DNA of 64,000 nt, taken from positions 256,001 through 320,000 of the IMG/VR virus record IMGVR_UViG_3300015615_000196. One strand, given 5' to 3'. The translations under genes were made by a program, and so were the position numbers. The stretch is from a virus. Taxonomy: Duplodnaviria; Caudoviricetes. The notes beneath the pieces were generated by a model that saw only the letters and a list, made by a program, of their open reading frames with translations, was not told where the DNA came from and searched no databases. Shown one piece after another: positions 10,337-20,497 of this stretch (its first letter is position 1; each line of letters opens with the position of its first letter).

Positions 10337-11197
10337 TTCTGAGCGGTTGTTGTGCTCACGACTATACGTGAAGTCAAGACTCCATCCAGTAGGCATGAAC
10401 TGAGGTTTCATGCTTTCAACGAAGTGAACTCTCCATCCCCGGATAAACTTCTCGAAGTCTTTAGTTGTTTCCAACTTTTCGATAACAGCCTTTCCGTGAT
10501 AGAAGTTTTCAACATTCATCAATTCGTTCTTCTTTGCCTTGATCAATTTGTCAGTCTTAATCAACATTTCTTCAATGTCATCGAATGACATTTGAAGTAA
10601 GTCAACATTGATTATCGACTTCAATTCCTGAGCAATCCAAAGAACACGTTCTTCTGGAATAACGTTGAACCTGTTAAGGATAGTGTCAAGAAGTTTGACC
10701 ACCTTGAACTGATCCTTCAAGTTTTGAACCATGTAAGAAATTTGCTTCGCGTTCATCGTTTCGATTGAGTCAACATTGAACGTGACTGCAATTTCGTTCT
10801 TGTAGAACTTAGCAATCTGTTCGTACTCTTCGTGATGTCTACGGCAGATCAATACAACGTCATGGTGATTACGCGACTTGTACTTCAACGGCATGAACTT
10901 ACGGTAGTGATATGGTACTACGTGATGCCTTTGCAAGTTGTGTTCTTCACCACATACAACGCAACGATTGATTCTCGGCAGCTTGCCGAAAATTTCGTGT
11001 TCCTTGAATCCTTCTCCTTTGGGGATGAACTTTAGACGTACTTTATTCGGAGCAATGATTTCTGCCAAGTCTCTCTGCAAATACCAGTCAACCTTTCTCT
11101 TACTGGTAGTGTACATGTGAGTCCCATTCGGGTGATGTACATCCCAATTGTCTGAAAGATCGAATTTTCTACTGCCATTTTTGAGAACTTGAGCCAT
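10325..11197 (-). CDS. HNH-like protein resembling the C-terminal domain of eukaryotic EXD2
   Basis: KRKVDWYL, VRLKFIPKG, NRCVVCG, HHVVPYHYRKFMP, HHDVVLIC, HGKAVIE and WRVHFVESMKPQFMPTGWS match EXD2 C-terminal motifs as recalled. Confidence 0.75.
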   Translation of the reverse strand: MAQVLKNGSRKFDLSDNWDVHHPNGTHMYTTSKRKVDWYLQRDLAEIIAPNKVRLKFIPKGEGFKEHEIFGKLPRINRCVVCGEEHNLQRHHVVPYHYRKFMPLKYKSRNHHDVVLICRRHHEEYEQIAKFYKNEIAVTFNVDSIETMNAKQISYMVQNLKDQFKVVKLLDTILNRFNVIPEERVLWIAQELKSIINVDLLQMSFDDIEEMLIKTDKLIKAKKNELMNVENFYHGKAVIEKLETTKDFEKFIRGWRVHFVESMKPQFMPTGWSLDFTYSREHNNRSEQKR

Positions 11198-11687
11198 TGA
11201 AGTTTTTAATAAGAGAATAGTAGTCTATAATTTTTTGATTTGATGTCACATTGTCAATACCGTAAATGTCTGCAATTTCTTGCTTCCAAAAAAGGGCCAC
11301 CCCAATTCTTTTCAGGTCGGTGATGAAGTCATCTATCGTTTCGGGGAGAACGGGGAAGAGAAATTTCCTTCCCTGATGGTTCACTTCGTACTCGGAGGCT
11401 TCGAAGGTGATTACCGTGTTCGTTGTTTTGTTTCTGATTTCTTGGTACTGGATCAAGTCCTTGCAAGACCAACCAGTGAACAAAACCACTTTCTCGGCAG
11501 CTTCCCATTGGATCATTCGTTTCTCGAAAGCCTGATCACTTTCCCAAAACCCAAATCTCTTTTCGGGCACACCGCCCAACTTATTTGAGATACGGCTTAC
11601 TTCGAAAGGGAGTTGATACAACTCTTCCTTCGCCTTGCTTGTGTGCTTCACATCAATGCATGGCGATGCTTCGATTATAACGTCCAT
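11169..11687 (-). CDS. Hypothetical protein
   Basis: ORF, TAG stop. Confidence 0.6.
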   Translation of the reverse strand: MDVIIEASPCIDVKHTSKAKEELYQLPFEVSRISNKLGGVPEKRFGFWESDQAFEKRMIQWEAAEKVVLFTGWSCKDLIQYQEIRNKTTNTVITFEASEYEVNHQGRKFLFPVLPETIDDFITDLKRIGVALFWKQEIADIYGIDNVTSNQKIIDYYSLIKNFNGSSSQKWQ

Positions 11688-12236
11688 TTAGTTAAGAGGC
11701 TTCGAGACCCACTTCAAGTTGCTTCCCACTCCACCGTAGTTCTTCGCATTCACGTAGCAAAAGAGCGTGTCATTGCTGACTTTGGCATTCCAGATTCCAC
11801 TGCCGTTACCGGAGAGTTTTTCTTTACGAAGATCGAATAGTTCTTTGAACTTTCCGGTCTTGAGGTTGTAAGAATAAATAGTCCTGATGTCGCTATCAGC
11901 AGTTGTGCCTTTCTCGAACTTACCAACGACCAACACATTCTTGATTGAATCATGAGCGTAAACGTAGTACGAATTCAGAGCCGGAATCTGTTCCATAGTC
12001 CCCATCTTTTCAATGAAGGTGACATAGCCCATTACTTCGTATCCGCTTTCTTTATCGCCCCTCAATTGAACGCAGATCGTATTACCCACACTGGTAGAAG
12101 CGTTCAGCGTGAGCCTGTTTGTGGCCTTCTGAATACCCTGCCCGGAGAGAGCAATCCAAGCCCCATCATTTGCATCCTGAGCGAAACCAGTCGTCAGGGT
12201 GAGGATAAAAACCGCTAAAATTGCTATATTTTTCAT
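11688..12236 (-). CDS. Secreted hypothetical protein
   Basis: Classical signal peptide MKNIAILAVFILTLTTGFA-Q. Confidence 0.65.
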   Translation of the reverse strand: MKNIAILAVFILTLTTGFAQDANDGAWIALSGQGIQKATNRLTLNASTSVGNTICVQLRGDKESGYEVMGYVTFIEKMGTMEQIPALNSYYVYAHDSIKNVLVVGKFEKGTTADSDIRTIYSYNLKTGKFKELFDLRKEKLSGNGSGIWNAKVSNDTLFCYVNAKNYGGVGSNLKWVSKPLN

Positions 12237-12265
12237 GTTTTTTGCTTATTATTACTGTACCTATT

Positions 12266-12290
12266 TATACGTAAAACCGTGTTGAAGGTT
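12266..12290 (-). promoter_or_regulatory. ECF-sigma-like promoter; overlaps a divergent TATTTATA site at 12262-12269
   Basis: Minus strand AACCTTCAACACGGTTTTACGTATA. Confidence 0.7.
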
Positions 12291-12307
12291 GCATAAACCC
12301 CGAAAAT

Positions 12308-12955
12308 ATGAGTAGAATCAGCAAAAATTTGGATGTTGTACTGGCACTGGATAAAGACACCTATGCCGTAGACGGCAGGAACTACCACTTTGCCAAGAGC
12401 AAAAAGAACCAGATCATTTTGGGTGGATCATTGAGAAAGGACAGTAATCACATTCAGCACCTTCTCCGCAAAGACAACGGTAACTCGAAACGTTGGCCAA
12501 CATTCTCGATCACCAGAAACGGTACAATCTACCAGCACTATGACCCACAATTTTATAGCGACTACATGGGAGTCAAAGAAATTGACAAGAGATCGATCAG
12601 CGTGGTACTTGAAAATATGGGTATGCTCACATTCAATGCAGACAAAGAATGCTTCGTGAATTGGGCCAATGAGGAATGTGATGAAAAATTGGTGTTGGAT
12701 AGACTCTGGAAGAACTGTAGATATTGGGAGAAGTACTCTGAGCCACAATATGAGTCTTTAGCTAACCTGTGTAACTATTTAAGTAAGGAATACGAAGTGC
12801 ACATGGATGCACTTGGGTTTAATGTTTTTCACGAAGAGAGCGAGAAATTTCAGGGCATATTGACCAGAAGTAACTACGATTCGGATTACACTGACCTAAA
12901 TCCATCCTTTGACTTCCAAAAATTCATGAAAATGTTGAACATTTCCATCGAGTAA
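12308..12955 (+). CDS. N-acetylmuramoyl-L-alanine amidase (Amidase_2)-like protein, apparently lacking Zn-binding His residues
   Basis: FSITRNGTIYQ, SISVVLENMG, YSEPQYESLANLC and TDLNPSFDF follow amidase_2 order; expected His positions replaced (ILGGS, TRSNY). Confidence 0.6.
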   Translation: MSRISKNLDVVLALDKDTYAVDGRNYHFAKSKKNQIILGGSLRKDSNHIQHLLRKDNGNSKRWPTFSITRNGTIYQHYDPQFYSDYMGVKEIDKRSISVVLENMGMLTFNADKECFVNWANEECDEKLVLDRLWKNCRYWEKYSEPQYESLANLCNYLSKEYEVHMDALGFNVFHEESEKFQGILTRSNYDSDYTDLNPSFDFQKFMKMLNISIE

Positions 12956-12981
12956 AATAGTATTTATAAAAAACTATAGCA

Positions 12982-13467
12982 GTGAATAAGAAGATTTTTG
13001 ATAGAATACACGAAACCTCAAAGCGTTATGCGCGACAAATGGGGTATGCTAAGAAAAGTCCGTTGAAGGAAATGACAATGCGTGAAATGTTACGCAGAAC
13101 CCGTAACCAAGATTGGATGAAAGAAGACTCAGCATTGGTTGCAGAACCCGTTGCCAAGCAATTAAGCCGTAACGAACAGGTAGAACAAGAAAGAGCAATG
13201 CAGGACTATTTTGATGATGAAAACCTCACCATCAAATTTGAACCGATTGAAGTCTACGACAACGGTGTATTTTGGGCAGGAACTATTGATGGTCAACTAA
13301 AATTCGCGTATATGGTTACGCCAGAGGAATCATCAAGTGGTGTAAAGATTGAACGTTCACCGGACTTCGATCCTACCAACGAAGACAATCAGGCTATCGA
13401 GAAGAAAGTGATTGACTACTACGACACCTTCTACGACTATTGGAGCAAGAACCAATTTGAAAATTAA
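12982..13467 (+). CDS. Hypothetical (probable late/virion) protein
   Basis: Preceded by GTATTTATA at 12960. Confidence 0.6.
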   Translation: MNKKIFDRIHETSKRYARQMGYAKKSPLKEMTMREMLRRTRNQDWMKEDSALVAEPVAKQLSRNEQVEQERAMQDYFDDENLTIKFEPIEVYDNGVFWAGTIDGQLKFAYMVTPEESSSGVKIERSPDFDPTNEDNQAIEKKVIDYYDTFYDYWSKNQFEN

Positions 13468-13853
13468 TGTACAATACGAAAAACATATTGGAACAAATTG
13501 GTTGGTACAGAAATGCCGAAGTAACATCACATGACAGGTTAACAGACTTGTTCAATGGCATGATGGAGTATTTCAGAACCAAAGAGCAAACCAACAGATT
13601 CAACCGAGATATTTTCGTAGGATTTTATCCGATCAATCCAGAAGCAAGTTTTGGAAACGTAATTAAAAGAGCACACAGATTTATTGAACCAACACAACAA
13701 TCAATTCATAAAGCATACATCGGATACTGTACTTTCTTGAGATCACAAGAAGCGCAGCAACTTTCAAGTAACGTTCACCGATTCATAAACAACGATCTTG
13801 AAGACGAATTGATTGACAACTTTATTATAAAGACATATGGACAAGTATTTTAA
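13467..13853 (+). CDS. Hypothetical protein
   Basis: Coupled ORF. Confidence 0.6.
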   Translation: MYNTKNILEQIGWYRNAEVTSHDRLTDLFNGMMEYFRTKEQTNRFNRDIFVGFYPINPEASFGNVIKRAHRFIEPTQQSIHKAYIGYCTFLRSQEAQQLSSNVHRFINNDLEDELIDNFIIKTYGQVF

Positions 13854-14580
13854 ATACGGCTTCTTCATTGCCGTCCTTGCAGTAGTCGCACTGACTTTCA
13901 AGATGTGTAGCGATGGCGAAAAGTATCGCGACATGAAAATCCAAGAATCAAATCTTCGTAAGGCACTTACGGATTCAGCAACTCATTTCAAAACCAAAGA
14001 AGGCGCATGGGGTGTAGAGAAAAGAACGCTTCAAGCCAGCCTTGATGAACTTAGCGATAAGAATTTGCAGTTGAGTTCAAATCAGAAATCATTGATTCAA
14101 CAGGTAAAGGATCAGAATAAAACCAGTCAAACCATTGCTGCTGCACTTCTTGAATTGAAGGCAGAAGTTACCAACATAAAGAATGGAAAGGTTACTACTG
14201 AAACTGATTCTACCGTAGCGTTTACTTCACCACCTGCCGACACCACGTTCCAATACAGTTTGACCGTGTTCAATGTTCACAGATACAAAATGCAGGAGCC
14301 TTCATTGTTGATCAACAAGATCAGCTTCCCGAACAAGCAAACCATAAACTTCCATTGGAAAGATGATCGTAAAGAGGGATACCCTGTATCATTCAGCGTG
14401 GTAAACACCAATCCTTACTTCAAAGTCAACGACATTCAGTCGTATGCCATCCCGGAACTTACTCGTGAGAAAGTAAAGCCGACATTTTGGCAAAAAGTTG
14501 GTACGTTTAGCAAGTCAACCGGGGGTAAACTTACCTTCTTAGCAATCGGTTTTGTTGCTGGTGCTGCCATAGCGAAGTAA
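13837..14580 (+). CDS. Membrane-anchored coiled-coil protein (spanin-like candidate)
   Basis: N-terminal TM, coiled coil, C-terminal hydrophobic helix. Confidence 0.45.
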   Translation: MDKYFKYGFFIAVLAVVALTFKMCSDGEKYRDMKIQESNLRKALTDSATHFKTKEGAWGVEKRTLQASLDELSDKNLQLSSNQKSLIQQVKDQNKTSQTIAAALLELKAEVTNIKNGKVTTETDSTVAFTSPPADTTFQYSLTVFNVHRYKMQEPSLLINKISFPNKQTINFHWKDDRKEGYPVSFSVVNTNPYFKVNDIQSYAIPELTREKVKPTFWQKVGTFSKSTGGKLTFLAIGFVAGAAIAK

Positions 14581-14607
14581 CTCCAACTGGTCACTATAAA
14601 AAATTGT

Positions 14608-14636
14608 AAAGCACCTGTATTTAAGGTGCTTTTTTA
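14608..14636 (+). terminator. Intrinsic terminator
   Basis: AAAGCACCT-GTATTTA-AGGTGCTTT then T-run. Confidence 0.7.
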
Positions 14637-14644
14637 GTATTTAT
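14637..14644 (+). promoter_or_regulatory. Late-type promoter motif GTATTTAT
   Basis: Same motif at 10268, 12960, 20359, 22260, 23488, 49654 and 51991 (+) and at 43727 and 49551 (-). Confidence 0.6.
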
Positions 14645-14654
14645 GTAATATACT

Positions 14655-14870
14655 ATGCTTAACGAAGAGTTTACCAAGGTCGAAATCAGAAAAATTGTCA
14701 ATGATGAACTTGATAAAGCCATGAGAGACAAGCTGAAACGTGAAATTGTGGCATCTTTGAAGAGCGGTGCAGGTAGAGGGGAAGTGAACGATATTGTGAA
14801 AAACGGACTCAATGCACTCTATAAGTTCCTCTGGACTAAGCGTAGTAGCTGGAACAACGAAATAAAGTAA
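14655..14870 (+). CDS. Small hypothetical (probable head) protein
   Basis: After late motif; starts MLNE. Confidence 0.55.
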   Translation: MLNEEFTKVEIRKIVNDELDKAMRDKLKREIVASLKSGAGRGEVNDIVKNGLNALYKFLWTKRSSWNNEIK

Positions 14871-17800
14871 TGGAAGGAAGTTTCAACAGTAAAAACATCA
14901 AGCCCTCACTTACCACTCCTACAAAGATGGGTAAGCAGCTTGATAGTAATTTTAAAAGCCAAATTAGAAAATCAGGCATGAAGTTAAGCGAAAATGGCAT
15001 GTTGCACGAGAAGGAAGAATCTTTAAAGAAGAAAATCTTCAAACTCGACAAAATGGAAACATTGGTACACACCGATGAAAACCTATCTAAGGTATTCAAT
15101 GAAATGAAGCAAGATGCTGCTGAAAAATTTGGTTACCACTGGAATGAAACAATCTTGAACATTATCTTCAACGATTATGTGTTGAACAGTCCTAAGAACC
15201 TACAGAAGTACAAGAACACCCGTGCGAAGCCTAAGAAAAGAAGAGGCGAAGAAGGGATCAAAGAACTTCAAAATGATATTGACAAGGAAAAGGCAGCATC
15301 ATCAGGTGCAGAAGAAAGAAAAGAAAAATTGATGGGTGGAGACGACAAGGAAAAGGTAGATGAATTTTTCAACTTTGGTAAAAGTGCAGCAACTGAGTTG
15401 CCGATGAACCAGAGAAGTAAAAACGATACCTACTTCGTGGACATGAGAAACAAGAAACTTCTTGCACCTGTACCGTACAACGCTTCACAAGAAGCAAAGC
15501 AAGCAATCATATCAAAGTATGTTGGTCAACCCAACATCAAACAACTTGCATGGTATGATGCAGTAAAGCAAGGTATAAAAGGTGTCCCTACCGAAGTACC
15601 GGATGGATCAATTCAACAGATCGATCAAGAGTTACAACAGCGTTACGGCAACGACCTTCAAACTATCCCTGCATTGGGAGAGAACTTAGGTCAGCCAGTA
15701 ACTTCTGCTTTCACATTAGCAAAAATCATTGCTGGTCTTTTACCTGACCAATATACACAGAAAGATTTTAATACTGCGCTCGAAAACTATTTCGTAGATC
15801 ACGGAATGGATTTCGCGAAGTTGAACAACCAAGAGTACGTGCAGGACATTTCACATTTCCTTGCAAGTGATTTTGGAAAAACTCAAATGGATGAAACAAC
15901 TGGCGCAGCAGGTGCTGGTGCTTTCGCTCCTGCACTGGACAATCAAAAACCAGTTACAGAAGAAAAGACAGCAAACTATGTTGGTGAAGACGAATGGAGC
16001 CGTAAGGTATACAGAAGTGAAGATGGCACTATGTACGTTGACGTAGATGGTGTTCTTCATTCAGTAACGCCAGAGGGCGAACCAATTGCTCCGGTTAGTG
16101 GAGTGCAAATCGTAGACTCAATCAAAGAGACAACAACAAGTGCATCATCAGGTCAATACAGTGGCCCCGCTATTTGGGCGAAGAATCCAAACAAGTCACG
16201 TTGGGCACACAGACCAGCATGGCATGGTGGTAAAATTCTTGAGTCAGTCGTAGACAAGCGTAACGACTATCTTACAGAAGCTGGTGCGTTTAAGAAATAT
16301 TTGATCAACAACATGCTTTTTGAAGCAGTCAATATGGGAATGATGGAAGCTGAATCATTTCAAGATCACGCAAAAAGAATAAAAGCAGTGCTTGATAAAT
16401 ATTTAGCGGATACCCCTGAGATTGCCAATGCTGATGGTTTCAAGGATGCTTACGAGTTTAGTAAATATGAAGCTGAAACTGGAAAAGCACATCCAAATAG
16501 AGGAAAAGGGAATGTTGATCAAGAAGTAAATGAACATCATTTACATAGTAAGCAAGAGAAGATTGATTTCATTCTTCAATACACATACGATGATGCGTCA
16601 GACAGTGCAACACACTCTACGGAAGAGTTGAATGCAATGTCAGATGGTGAAATTGAAAATTTGTATCGCAGCACCGAAAAGAAAATTGGTCTTGATGAAT
16701 TCTTCTCTTTCGGGAAGAAGGATCAGCCAGTTGCAAACAATCAAGAATTGAGCATCGGCCAACTTAGCGGATACAAGAATAACATCATCAATGTTCTCCG
16801 TAACTTAAAGTTCGGTGAACAGATGATCGATGCACTCAACAAGACCTACGATCAAATCGTAATTAAGGGATTGAAGAACGGTGTACCAGCAGACGTGCTT
16901 GCTCAAAAAATTGCAGCACACTACAGTGGTCAACAAGTGTCATTGCCTGAACAGGATGATACCAATTTTAGAGAAACAATGGTGAAGGACTTGAAATATA
17001 ACGGCAAGCCAGCATCAGATAGTGAATCAACAGAAGAACTTGAAAGTCAAGATGGTCTTTTCAAGGGCAAGTGGAATTCAAACACTTCGGTAGCTGAAAA
17101 TGATGAAGAAATGGATGTTGTAGAAGAAAGACCAAGACCACAAGATGACGATTGTTTCGTATCTTCAAACGGCTTCAAACTTTCTGCATCATGCGGTGAT
17201 AAATACATTGGTGAATTCACCGAAGATGAAGCAGCATGGGAAGCAGTAAGAAATTGGAAGAAAGAAAACAACTATTACCCGAACACATGGTTCATTTCGG
17301 ATCATGGCAATGAATCATTGGTAGACGATGACGGCAATGAGATCAAAGAAGGTTTCGGTGGTGATCCAGAAGTTGGTGAAGATCAATACAAGGAAGAACA
17401 AGATTACAATAGATTTGCAGCACTTGAGCAACAGTCAAAAGAGTTGGCTCAATTGCGTGATGCTGGTGATGAAGGTGCATTGAAAGCAAAAATAGATTCA
17501 TTACAAGTTATCCCGATGATTAATCACTCTGGTGGTTATGAAGATGGATTGGGTCACAGAGATTTGGAGAAATTGGGTTATACCCGTATTACCCACGATT
17601 ATTCTTTCGATGAAGATGGTGAGTTTGTAATCAACAATATATCGAACAAACCAATTGTAATGATTGATGAACGTGGTATCAGAGGTATCATCAATCCGGG
17701 CGAAAGTGATATTGACGAAAACACGTCAATCAGACTTCATGAGAAGGCTTCATCAAAGTCACAACAAAGATTCATGGGTATGGTACACGCAGCACAAAAG

Positions 17801-19957
17801 GGAGAATTGAAGAATCCAAGTCCGGCAGTTGCTAAAGCAGCTAAGTCAATGAGTGACAAGGATGCGGAAGATTTTGCATCAACCAAGCACAAAGGTCTAC
17901 CGAACCATGTGAAGAAAAAGAAGAAAAAAGTGGATGAAGGTTTATTCACTCCATCACAAGAATTGAATATTGATCAAATCAGATCGGTAATCGATAACTT
18001 CAAACAATCTCCTGAGTCATCAGATTTGAGAGACAAGTTCGTAAAGGCAAAAGACTACGTTAAGTCAAAGGCCGGACACGTTGCAAGAATGCCACAGTTG
18101 AAAATGTGGTTAGACCAGAATATGCCACAGCTTTCAAACTATGTAGGCATGTTATGGGGCAATTGGGACTTGATGCCATCGAACTCAGGAATGTTACAAG
18201 AAAATAAAGGAACAATGAAAATAGACGAAAAAGCATACAAGGACTTCTTCAAGTCAGAATTGAAGAAGACTGGTAAGTCACTCGGTTCAATGAGTGCAGG
18301 TGAAAAGAAAGTACTCTTTGAACAAGTAGACAAAGGCTTCAAGAAGTTGAATGAAAGCATTATCGATGATCAGCCGGATTCTATGGTTAACAATCAAGAA
18401 TCATCAATGGCAAAGAGCATGGATTCAGACGAACTCAATAAAGATGGTATGCCAGCAGCTTCTTCGTCAGCACCATCATCATCTGAACCACAGCCGAATG
18501 GCGTTAGTGGTGTAAGTGAAATCACTGAGGTATCGGAAGAAGAACCACAGTACTTTCATTCAGGTGCTGATGACCCACAAGTAGCATTGGATGCTGCTAA
18601 GTTCAGAGAAATGTTGAAGACCAAGTACGGTGTTGAAAGTGTGTCACAATTGTCACCAGCACAACGTCATGAGTTAATGAAGAGCATGAACTTTGGTGGT
18701 GAAAAGCCAGCAGATCAGATTGCTCAAGCACAACATAAGACTGACGATGATAGAGCAGCATATGCAAAGTTAAATGATCCTACTGAGGCATTGGCTTTTT
18801 TGAATCAGCGTGTAGACTCAATGGAAACACCAGAAGACTACAAGCGTGTAGCAAGCGAATTTAAGCAAGCTACTGGAAAGAGCATGTTACATCCGATGGC
18901 TATTTATGGTGTAATCCAGAACATGTCACCGGAGGAAAGACAGAATTACAATAAACTCGAACAATATTTCAGATTGAATATGAGCGATAAACAAACCGTA
19001 AACGAAGAAAGAAAAGTCCCTGCTATTCTTAATGTTGAAAAACTTGGAGCAGAGAATGCGAAGAATTTCGCTAAAGATAACGCAGAGGAAGATGCACTTA
19101 AACAGGACAAGACCTATCCAAAAGATGATGGTATCCACAAGGCTCCGGTATGGCCTGATCCTAAGACGTTCTACATTGAACAAGGAAAAGGAACTTCTCA
19201 AGAATTAGCAAAGGAACAAACCAAAGAAGCTAAGTCAATGGCTGACATTGAAGCAGAAGTTCTTGCAAAGACCAAAGGTGCATTGGAGAACATTGGCAAT
19301 TCAACTGCCGATGGCAAGCATATTCCGAAGAGAAATCTTACCAAAGAAGAAGGTTACGAACTTGCTATGAACAGAGGTGATGGTATGCAAGATATTGTGT
19401 ACGATTTGAAGCCGTCTGAGAAGTTCGAAGATCGCATGAAGAAAGACATGGGAGATCATGTTTACAAGAGCAGACAAGACAAAATGGACTACAAAGCAGA
19501 GGCTCCGATGTACAACAAGGATACCCAACCTGTTGAAGATGGTGATGACAAGAACCAGTACAACAAATTTGCAAAGGGATATAACCTTCACGAAGTAAGT
19601 GCAAGATACAAGGATGATTTGGGTAAAGGACACCTTGTTGAATTCAAACTTGGCGAAGTTGAAGAGGTTACTACCATTGCAGACAACTATGTAAAGTTGA
19701 GCATCGATGGTATGGGTAACAAGTACTCTATCGCAGGTAAGAAAATGAACGAGAACAAAGGCTTCAATGAAATGATGGAGAAGTATAGCTTCTTCATGAA
19801 CGAAAATAAGATTGTTGCTATCGAGAAGTCGAAAGTGATTGTTGAGACCAAGATTCCAGTGAAGGGCAACGTCAATGAATCATTGCAAAAAATGAAGCAC
19901 TTGATGAACTATAAGCCTACTGATTATGTTGATACAAAGAAGTCAGTAAAGTTTTAA
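14870..19957 (+). CDS. Large mosaic head/internal virion protein with DUF3008-like module and many hydrophobic-x-E putative prohead protease sites
   Basis: 1695 aa, acidic. Contains EKASSKSQQRFMGMVHAAQKG...DFASTKHKGLP (DUF3008-like) and repeated DEFF(N/S)FGK and ETT..A..G modules following xxE motifs. Confidence 0.6.
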   Translation: MEGSFNSKNIKPSLTTPTKMGKQLDSNFKSQIRKSGMKLSENGMLHEKEESLKKKIFKLDKMETLVHTDENLSKVFNEMKQDAAEKFGYHWNETILNIIFNDYVLNSPKNLQKYKNTRAKPKKRRGEEGIKELQNDIDKEKAASSGAEERKEKLMGGDDKEKVDEFFNFGKSAATELPMNQRSKNDTYFVDMRNKKLLAPVPYNASQEAKQAIISKYVGQPNIKQLAWYDAVKQGIKGVPTEVPDGSIQQIDQELQQRYGNDLQTIPALGENLGQPVTSAFTLAKIIAGLLPDQYTQKDFNTALENYFVDHGMDFAKLNNQEYVQDISHFLASDFGKTQMDETTGAAGAGAFAPALDNQKPVTEEKTANYVGEDEWSRKVYRSEDGTMYVDVDGVLHSVTPEGEPIAPVSGVQIVDSIKETTTSASSGQYSGPAIWAKNPNKSRWAHRPAWHGGKILESVVDKRNDYLTEAGAFKKYLINNMLFEAVNMGMMEAESFQDHAKRIKAVLDKYLADTPEIANADGFKDAYEFSKYEAETGKAHPNRGKGNVDQEVNEHHLHSKQEKIDFILQYTYDDASDSATHSTEELNAMSDGEIENLYRSTEKKIGLDEFFSFGKKDQPVANNQELSIGQLSGYKNNIINVLRNLKFGEQMIDALNKTYDQIVIKGLKNGVPADVLAQKIAAHYSGQQVSLPEQDDTNFRETMVKDLKYNGKPASDSESTEELESQDGLFKGKWNSNTSVAENDEEMDVVEERPRPQDDDCFVSSNGFKLSASCGDKYIGEFTEDEAAWEAVRNWKKENNYYPNTWFISDHGNESLVDDDGNEIKEGFGGDPEVGEDQYKEEQDYNRFAALEQQSKELAQLRDAGDEGALKAKIDSLQVIPMINHSGGYEDGLGHRDLEKLGYTRITHDYSFDEDGEFVINNISNKPIVMIDERGIRGIINPGESDIDENTSIRLHEKASSKSQQRFMGMVHAAQKGELKNPSPAVAKAAKSMSDKDAEDFASTKHKGLPNHVKKKKKKVDEGLFTPSQELNIDQIRSVIDNFKQSPESSDLRDKFVKAKDYVKSKAGHVARMPQLKMWLDQNMPQLSNYVGMLWGNWDLMPSNSGMLQENKGTMKIDEKAYKDFFKSELKKTGKSLGSMSAGEKKVLFEQVDKGFKKLNESIIDDQPDSMVNNQESSMAKSMDSDELNKDGMPAASSSAPSSSEPQPNGVSGVSEITEVSEEEPQYFHSGADDPQVALDAAKFREMLKTKYGVESVSQLSPAQRHELMKSMNFGGEKPADQIAQAQHKTDDDRAAYAKLNDPTEALAFLNQRVDSMETPEDYKRVASEFKQATGKSMLHPMAIYGVIQNMSPEERQNYNKLEQYFRLNMSDKQTVNEERKVPAILNVEKLGAENAKNFAKDNAEEDALKQDKTYPKDDGIHKAPVWPDPKTFYIEQGKGTSQELAKEQTKEAKSMADIEAEVLAKTKGALENIGNSTADGKHIPKRNLTKEEGYELAMNRGDGMQDIVYDLKPSEKFEDRMKKDMGDHVYKSRQDKMDYKAEAPMYNKDTQPVEDGDDKNQYNKFAKGYNLHEVSARYKDDLGKGHLVEFKLGEVEEVTTIADNYVKLSIDGMGNKYSIAGKKMNENKGFNEMMEKYSFFMNENKIVAIEKSKVIVETKIPVKGNVNESLQKMKHLMNYKPTDYVDTKKSVKF

Positions 19958-19960
19958 TTC

Positions 19961-20281
19961 ATGACAGCACTACAACAGGACAATTTAGAGCAAGTAGTTA
20001 AAGATGCAGGAAGACCAGTATTTGTTGACATGTATGCAGATTGGTGTGGCCCGTGTAAAATGATTGAACCTATCATTAGTGAACTTGCAAACGAGTACGG
20101 AGACAAAGTTGAATTCGTAAAAGTTAATGTTGACGAGAATCCTACTTCGGCAGCAGCGTATGGCGTTCGTAGTATTCCTACCTTATTAGTATTTAATGAA
20201 ACGGGGGAGATCGTACAACGTAAGTCTGGTGCAATGCCGAAGCAACACATACTTGATTTATTCAAAAAGTTTGTTGCGTAA
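19961..20281 (+). CDS. trxA: Thioredoxin
   Basis: WCGPC active site, SIPT cis-Pro motif. Confidence 0.95.
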   Translation: MTALQQDNLEQVVKDAGRPVFVDMYADWCGPCKMIEPIISELANEYGDKVEFVKVNVDENPTSAAAYGVRSIPTLLVFNETGEIVQRKSGAMPKQHILDLFKKFVA

Positions 20282-20306
20282 CAAAAAATAAAGTCAAAAA
20301 ATTTTC

Positions 20307-20339
20307 AAGAGGGTAAAGCGATTTACCCTCTTTTGTTTT
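20307..20339 (+). terminator. Intrinsic terminator
   Basis: AAGAGGGTAAA-GCGA-TTTACCCTCTT followed by TTGTTTT. Confidence 0.8.
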
Positions 20340-20497
20340 GTGTATCCCCGTAGTAAAAGTATTTATAGGAAATGAGTTTCAATTATGAAATCGCACATCA
20401 AAGCAGAATTTAATTTCACCATTAAGGGCTATCCACTCACAACAAATTTTGTTGCGTAAACCGAGAGCCATAATGATGAAAATTAAATCACTGTCAA

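Noticed and set aside
20270-20459. 12-bp direct repeat TTTGTTGCGTAA at the trxA end and at the end of a possible 24-aa ORF
   Set aside because: Too short to distinguish from chance or a minor duplication; no supporting structure.
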